Below are positions 57,482 through 64,000 of a DNA stretch of 64,000 bases, in pieces; position 1 is the first letter of the stretch, and each line of letters begins with the position of its first letter. Under the pieces are notes generated by a model that saw only the letters and a program-made list of their open reading frames with translations, searched no databases and was not told where the DNA came from. Origin of the DNA: Felis catus (lineage: Eukaryota); contig NC_058383.1 in the NCBI RefSeq assembly GCF_018350175.1, positions 29,204,001 through 29,268,000 of the forward strand, in the 5' to 3' direction. The position numbers were made by a program, and so were the translations under genes.

Positions 57482-59169
57482 TGTCAAGTGGGAGTTATAG
57501 AACCTGTCTTCTAGGACTTTCACAGGGATTCAGTGAGACAAATACCCTGGTAGGGGTATTTGGCTTTTTTTTTTTTTTTTTTTTTCATTTCTTCTTCTAA
57601 GTTTCTTCTTTTTATTTATTTTGTGTTTAAAAGTTGCAGGGTGAAGTACCACTAACAGAAAATCCGTCACAAAAACCTCCTAACAAGTGGAAAAAATAAT
57701 AATCAGAAATGCCGCAAAAGTTGGCCCCGTTCACATATTTTCAGACTTTTACTGAGTATTTCCTCTGCTGCAAATTGGTTCTGTGACATTTATACAAGCA
57801 TTTCCGGATGGCGCTGCGCGCTCCAGTTCATCACGGTCTCTCACCCAAAGCTGAGAGTCCCCGGCTTCTGAAGGCAATACCTGGGAGCTCGGGAGACGGT
57901 CCATCTGAGGCGCTGCGGACGTTGCTCTGTTCCTTCACCTAAAGATGTTTCCAGGGAGGCGGCGTTCTTGCGCTTCCCCCTTCTCTTTGCTCTCACCTCC
58001 CCACAGCGTCAGAACGAGGTTTTGGAAATCCAAAACAGATTTCCTCTGTTTTTGCGCTCATTCTTAGGGGCAGGGAACCCGCTTGCCAAGTTCATAGGTA
58101 GCTCCACACTGAGAATGGGGTTTCGCCCAGAATTTTAGCCACATTTGACCAAAGAAGGGCCTCTGAGTGAGTCTGCGAGATGGTTGGTTGTGCGTGGGAT
58201 TATTACCTGGAGGAGGGGCTATTGGAGGAAAGAGGAAAGAGCTGGGGGCGGGGTGTGGGGTGTGGGCGTGGAGTCTGGGCAGCAGGTATGGCCTGTGCAA
58301 AGGCCGGACTGCTGGGGAGTGGAAATAGCTTCCTGGTGCCACGGCGGCACAGGCTCAGGGGCCTGGAGGGGCTGACCCCCACCCACGTCTGTGCACAGGG
58401 CCACAGGATTCTGGAAGCTCACTCATCACCCCCGGTCCAGGCCCTTGGAGCTGGGTGCAGAAAGAAAACGCACGCTGTGTTGGGACCAGCAGGGCCTGGG
58501 GGCAAGACCCCCCCGAAGGCAGCCAGGGCCCTGCCTTTACCTTGGACTTTAAAAGCCCCCTAAAAGATGTTCCCCCAATCCCTTTGAGGCCTGCTCTTGC
58601 CTGTTCTGGCTCAGCTGCCTGGGACTCAAGCTGGTGGCCAAGCTGAAATCCAGTTCAGCTCTGGAAGAGCCGCCAGACTCCGGAAAACACCCCACTCTCC
58701 AGCCGGAAGCCCCAGGGGCCCGCTCCGGCCCTTCTCCCAGGAAGGAGCCTCACCCGCACCCGAGTTTCTGGCCCGGAGCAGATGCCAAGGCCCAGGCCGG
58801 AAGTGCAAGGTGGCCACACCAGGCAGTAGGAGCCTCAGGGAAAAGGCCTGGATTCCTGCTACCCTGCCCTGTCTAGCCCCCATGGTAGGTGGGGCGAAAT
58901 CAAGTTTTGTTAGAGAATGAATTAAAGAAAGAATGAAAAGTACTGGAAAGGAAGCAGCCGGGCTGGGGCCATAGTGACGTCCCATCTGTGAAAATGTTGA
59001 GACTCCCAAGAGGGGGAGAACAACAGGCCCTGTGTAGACCGAAAGATAAGCTGCCATTTGGTGAGACCCAGGGGTCTGTGGTTCCCGGTCTGCTGGCGAC
59101 AAGCCCCTCGCCTGCTAGAGGCATCATGACACAGATGTGTGAGAAAGACCGGTTAAGAAAGCCTTTGCA

Positions 59170-59349
59170 GGGCTCCTGGGTGGCTCAGTGGGTTAAGCGG
59201 CTGACTTCGGCTCAAGTCATGAGCTCACGGTTCGTGAGTTCGAGCCGCACATCGGGCTCTCTCGGCTGTCAGCGTGCAGCCCGCTTGGGAGCCTCTGTCC
59301 CCCTCTCTCTGCCCCTCCCCTGCCTCTGTCTCAAAAATAAATAAACATT
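59170..59349 (+). mobile_element. SINEC_Fc
   Basis: Head, B-box, (CT)n, aaaaataaataaacatt. Confidence 0.93.
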
Positions 59350-59870
59350 TGCAACAGAGAGAAAGCCAGAGATCAATCAGGCTGTGACCTGGGACAAGTC
59401 CTTGGCCCTCTGGAGTTGAGTTTCAGTTAGTTTCCTGATCGCCAACAATGGGGTTGTTAAAAGGATTAAATCGCCTGATTCACAAAGTGCTTGCTGGGGT
59501 CTGGAGCGGTGAGCACTCAATAAATTGTAGCAACGATCAGTCGCTATTAAACGGGCTAGGAATAGATTCAAACGCCTGAGGGTTTCTCCCTTGTCTACTC
59601 TAAGTTGTGGTTGGGGTCCCAGGCACCAGGGACTGGGGTGGGTGGGTCAGCCTGGCCCACGTGGGACCTGGTCCCCTAGAAATGCAGAGTCGGCTCCTTG
59701 GAATTTCAGCAGAGGGGCCAAGCTGTGTCAAGAAACTGGAAGATGAAGGAGTGGAGGGGGCGCCTGCGTCCGCATAGACCTGTCTGGAAACCGCGTGACA
59801 ACGGACCTCGCGACGCCTCTCGGGCCGGCACCAACTTAAAAAGAAATGCTGTTGGATTTGAAGTATTTGA

Positions 59871-60270
59871 CCAGAGGTGGTGACGGGCAGCCCACAGGCC
59901 AAGTAGAGCCCGCGGATGTGTTTCGTTTGGCCCGCAGACCATTTAAAATAATAATAATAAATTTGACTTGGTGGCCAACATTTTTAAATCAGGAAATTTC
60001 ATATTTAAAAAATCCAGATTTCTGGCTTCTCTTTAAAAAAAAAAAAATCAGATGATCAAAAGACTGGGCAACGCGGGGCCGCATTCCCACGGGGCAACAG
60101 TCGGCTGGAGCAGGACAGTGGGACCCAGTATCAGTCAGGGGAGGCTTGCTGTGTGACGAGCCCAAACTTTCAGTGGCTGACCACAATACAGTTTCATTTC
60201 TTGGTCATATTATCACAGCCCAAGAAGTGGGGAGCACAGAGATCCACAAGTTCTCGAGGAACCGGGGCAC
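59871..60270. mobile_element. hAT-Charlie (Charlie4-like) relic
   Basis: gatgtgtttcgtttggcccgca...gccaacatttttaaatcagg...aaaaatccagatttctggcttctc...gggccgcattccc. Confidence 0.7.
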
Positions 60271-60374
60271 CTTTTCTTTCATGGCTCTCGTATCTTCTAG
60301 GACTTCCTTCTTTCTCTGTGAACTGGGAAGACGGTGAGGGAGCCTCCAGGGAAAGCAAACCAACTAAGTGCATC

Positions 60375-60905
60375 GGCTAGGAAGTGTCCCACCCGGTGGG
60401 AACCAATCAAGAGGCCCAGCAGGAACCTAAGGGGGCTATGAGTTGTGGTGCCTGGCTCAGAGACCAGGAGGAAGAGGCGGCTTATGAACGCCAGCATCTC
60501 TGTTTCAGGTGACCGTCCCCGATGCTTCCTCAGCTCAGTCATGGAAATTCTCTTCTCATTGTCTTTCCTCACCCCTCTGCCGCTCAGCTCTTTGGCTCAG
60601 AGGAAACAACCAGTTTTTGGTCAGAGAATAATCATGTGATACAATCCCCACCAATGAGACAAGATGGATTTGGATGTGATGCCTGGAACCGCAGCAGCCA
60701 TTTTGGGCCAGCGTTGGGGTGAAACCGACATGCTGCTGGCAGAGAAGAGAGATAGTGGAAGGAACCTGTGTCCCGAGTGCTCAAGAAATCAGCTGAGAAA
60801 CCCACCCTGCCTCTCGTAGTAGTACCCCCTGGTAAATGCATAATAAATTTCCTTATTTTTAAAGGCAGTTTAAGCCAGGGGAGCTGCTGTTCCTTGCAGA
60901 AAAAA
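60375..60905 (+). mobile_element. Old MLT1(J/K-like) LTR
   Basis: tgtgatgcctggaaccgcagcagccatttt, gtggaaggaacctgtgtcc, aataaatttccttattttta. Confidence 0.55.
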
Positions 60906-61785
60906 GTACGCAAAGTGCTAAGGCCATATAGTTTTTGCCTGGCTGGATTCACTTAGGTCAGCTGCCTGGCCATATAGATATTTGGGTTTTGACCCCTTGA
61001 CTTAAAATTCTTTCTTTTTTAATGCAAAGCTTGGCCAGCGCCAAGCTTTATGGCCTGAAATAAAAATTTCTGAGTGTCTACCACTGGAGAATGCGATGTG
61101 CAACTTTCAGTGCTGCCTGGGACAACAGGGTCCCATCCAGGGCCTGAATCTCCACCTGCAGCCTTGGGAGTAAGGCCTTGATATGCCCGTCAGGGTAATG
61201 GGTGAGGGGACCGGGGAACCTAGACAGGGGAGGGATACATTAGAAAGGGACAGAGAGTCTGAGAAAGAGAACGGATCGTGTAGGTGACAAGGGGAGAGCT
61301 GGTCAGAGGAGAGTCACCCCAGCTGGTTTGGGACAGCGTCTGGGGAGAGGCCAGAGGCAGCTTCCTATGAGATGGGCCAGCAAAGAGAAGGTAGAATTTT
61401 TAAAGCCATGGAGTTGGGTTGTTGGAGTCTCTCCCCACTCATGCTGGCTCTGGTATCTTCTGGAGGCCCACAGGGGGGCTTTAAAGGGCTGTTCAGTCCC
61501 TCTGGAGTGTGACCTTGGAATGCCACATTCCGCAAATGTCTGCATAAATCTGAGTCAGAGAAGGCTGGTTCAGGAAAAGGCCCAGGGATGGGCCATTTCT
61601 GCCTCTGCCCACGTGTCTCTAACCCTACCCCATGCCATTCCATCCTCTGGACCCTGGGGACAGTACCTCCTCTCTCTTCTTCTCAATTATGCCATCTATA
61701 AAGTGCAAGTAGTATTTTCCTCATCATTTATGTGCCAGGCTCTGAGCCAGGTGGCCTGATGTGGGTTAGACCACACTAGACCCAC

Positions 61786-62010
61786 TTTTTTTTTTTAAAT
61801 TAAAAAAAAAAGTTTATTTATTTTTGAGAGAGACAGACACAGAATGTGAGCGGGTTAGGGGCAGAGAGAGAGGGAGACACAGAATCGGAAGCAGGCTCCA
61901 GGCTCTGAGCTGTCAGCACAGAGCCCGTCTCGGGGCTCGAGCTCAGGAGCCGTGAGATCATGACCTGAGCCGAAGTCAGATGCTCAACCGACTGAACCAC
62001 CCAGGCGCCC
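61786..62010 (-). mobile_element. SINEC_Fc
   Basis: Full antisense body. Confidence 0.95.
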
Positions 62011-62088
62011 GCCCACCCTTTTTTTTTTTTTTTTTTTTTTGCCTGTAATTGGGAGGTATTTCAGGCTGACCCAAAACAATAGAGAATA

Positions 62089-62099
62089 ATTTTTTTAAG

Positions 62100-62130
<31 letters not shown>

Positions 62131-62293
62131 AGAGAAGGGGAGGGGCAGAGAGGGAGAGAGAGAGAATCCCAAACAGGCTCCATACCAGCAGTGCTGAGCC
62201 AGACGCGGGGCTCGAACTCATGACCCATGAGTTCATGACCCGAGCCGAAACCAAGAGTCTGATGCTTAACCGACTGAGCCACCCGGGTGCCCC
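62089..62293 (-). mobile_element. Can-SINE (Fc2-like), TSD aaaacaatagag
   Basis: Full antisense body with flanking duplication. Confidence 0.94.
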
Positions 62294-63124
62294 AAAACAA
62301 TAGAGGATAAGTCAATAGACACCCACAGACTACCACCTATGGTGGCTTAATTAATACGTAAGTCAAATAAATCAAATCGAGATTCACTCAATACCCCTCG
62401 TGTGCCCTTTCTCCCTCTCGGCCACCTCGGACATCCCCACAGACAACGCCGTCCTGAATGTAGACGTCATCACTTGCAGGCCTGTCTGTATGCTTTTACC
62501 GCCTATGTAGCCAGAAACAACTACAAGATGTTTGCTCTGTGCAACTTGCAAGATGTTTGCTCTGTATAAATGGTATCGAGATGCCTCCTCGTTCCCTGCC
62601 TGCCTTGTGTTTTGCTCCACGTTTTGTGTGCCTAATCCACGGAGTTGGATGGAGTTAGGGTTTATTTATTTGAACTGGCTGAGCTTAATTCTCTTCTGTG
62701 CGCACTCCACAGTTTGCTTTTCTCTTTTCCTGGACGGACACTTCGCCCTTCCCAGCAACGCTGCTATGAACAGCCTAGTGTAGACGAATTTCCGCACGGT
62801 TTACGGGCCAGAGCAGAGAGGCTGGATCTCACTGAACGCGAGATTTTCGGAAACGTGGTGGCTGTTAGCCCGGCGTGGCCTCTCGGAGTCCTTGTTGTCT
62901 TAGACCCAGAAGGTCTCACACATTCACACACCCTGTCTGGCTCCCCTGGGCTTCCGAGCTTTCGACCTCTGGTCTCGTGGGAAATGCATTGGGCATGCAA
63001 GGCGGTAATTGTAATGATTTGTGCTAGGTGCTGTGAAAGCAAGAGACCCCAGGCACTGGTGCTGCATCGAGGAAATAGCAACTCCAACTGACGAGTTCAG
63101 GAATGATTCAAAATCATAGTTAAG

Positions 63125-63620
63125 TTAGGCGAAGTTTTGTGGTATGAGTAGGAGTTTTCCAGGAAGCTGGAGGTGGAGAAAGGCCATGATAGGTAGAGGG
63201 AACAGCCTAAGTGCAGGCCCAGAGGACTGAGGAACAAGTCGAATTGAAGGAATAAGAGAGGCTGCTGTAAAACACTGAAGAGCACGGGGGAGATCGGTAG
63301 GACACTTGGGGCCCAGAATGCCATGCTAAGGAGGTGGGATTTATCCTGGTGGTGGTGGGCATATGGTGAAGGATGGAACGATAAGAGTGGCACGTTCACT
63401 GGTGTTTTCGAGAGAGGTCAGGTGACAGTGGAAGAAGCGTGGAAGAGAGACAAGACTGAAAGCAAAGGAAACCAGGTGGGAGTCTACTGCAATAGTCCAA
63501 GCACCAGTCATCAAAGAAGAAATGGAACCGTGAAGGTCTAAAGCAACACACAGGAGGTGACTGGCGAGAGTTTAGGCACTGACCAACTGGATGAGCAGAG
63601 GAGGAAGGAGAGGTGAGTCA
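63125..63620 (-). mobile_element. L2 fragment
   Basis: aggtagagggaacagc...tgcaggccc, gccatgctaaggag, tactgcaatagtccaag pattern. Confidence 0.65.
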
Positions 63621-63626
63621 AGGGTT

Positions 63627-64000
63627 GGGGTAGGCAGAATAATGGTCTCCCAAATATGCCCACTCTTTAATCCCTAGAACCTATGAATATGTTGTGTTTT
63701 GTGGCAAAAAGGACTTTGAGGATGTAATTAATATCATAGACTTTTATTTAATGTTTATTTTTGAGATAGAGAGAGACAGAGCATGAGCAGGGGAGGGGCA
63801 GAGAGAGAGGGAGACACAGAATCCAAAGCAGGCTCCAGGCTCTGAGTTGTCAGCACAGAGCCCGACGCGGGGCTCGAACTCGCAGACCATGAGATCATGA
63901 CCTGAGCTGAAGTCAGATACTTAAGAGACTGAGCCACCCAGGCGCCCCCTAGAGTCATAGACGTTTAAATAGGAGGATTAGACTGGGTTTTCTATTGAGA
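63627..64000 (+). mobile_element. MLT1(C/D-like) LTR 5' part, SINE-interrupted
   Basis: taggcagaataatgg, taatccctagaacctatgaatatgtt, tggcaaaaaggactttg. Confidence 0.8.
63742..63949 (-). mobile_element. SINEC_Fc inside MLT1
   Basis: Full antisense body; tcatagac on both flanks. Confidence 0.95.

Noticed and set aside
57565..57620. Poly(T) with antisense AATAAA about 25 nt away, suggesting a processed pseudogene end
   Set aside because: No matching TSD or recognisable parent transcript found; compatible with simple T-rich low complexity.
1..64000. Prokaryote-style systems (CRISPR, operons, defence islands) and naming of the host gene
   Set aside because: The sequence is mammalian non-coding DNA with no repeat-spacer array or operon; I cannot identify the gene without a genome alignment.

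Overview
This is mammalian, almost certainly felid (cat-family), genomic DNA rather than microbial. The assignment rests on about 32 tRNA-derived Can-SINE copies of the SINEC_Fc type (about 1 per 2 kb). Ancient eutherian repeats are also present: L1M, L2, MIR, MLT1/LTR16 solo LTRs and hAT MER53/MER58/MER5/MER94/Charlie-like elements. There are several long purine/pyrimidine microsatellites. I find no supportable protein-coding exon, rRNA, tRNA gene or CRISPR array; the supplied ORFs are explained by SINEs, microsatellites and high GC. The main functional-looking feature is a CpG island at about 54.2-55.6 kb. It carries a strong minus-strand splice donor and a compact motif cluster (two TTCCTAGAAA STAT/BCL6-type sites 42 bp apart, a CArG/MEF2-like box and a CRE-like site). 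It sits inside an approximately 9 kb stretch free of recognisable transposons. Several repeat-free, motif-dense blocks (9.2, 32.8, 38.8, 49.3, 52.3-52.9 and 53.8 kb) look like enhancers. The window most plausibly is the promoter plus long first intron or regulatory domain of a gene or lncRNA that I cannot name from sequence alone. I do not see a convincing new biological system. The best leads are regulatory motifs, unusual retrotransposon junctions and GC-biased substitution. Repeat names and boundaries are recognised from memory of consensus sequences, not computed, and are approximate unless a target-site duplication (TSD) is quoted.
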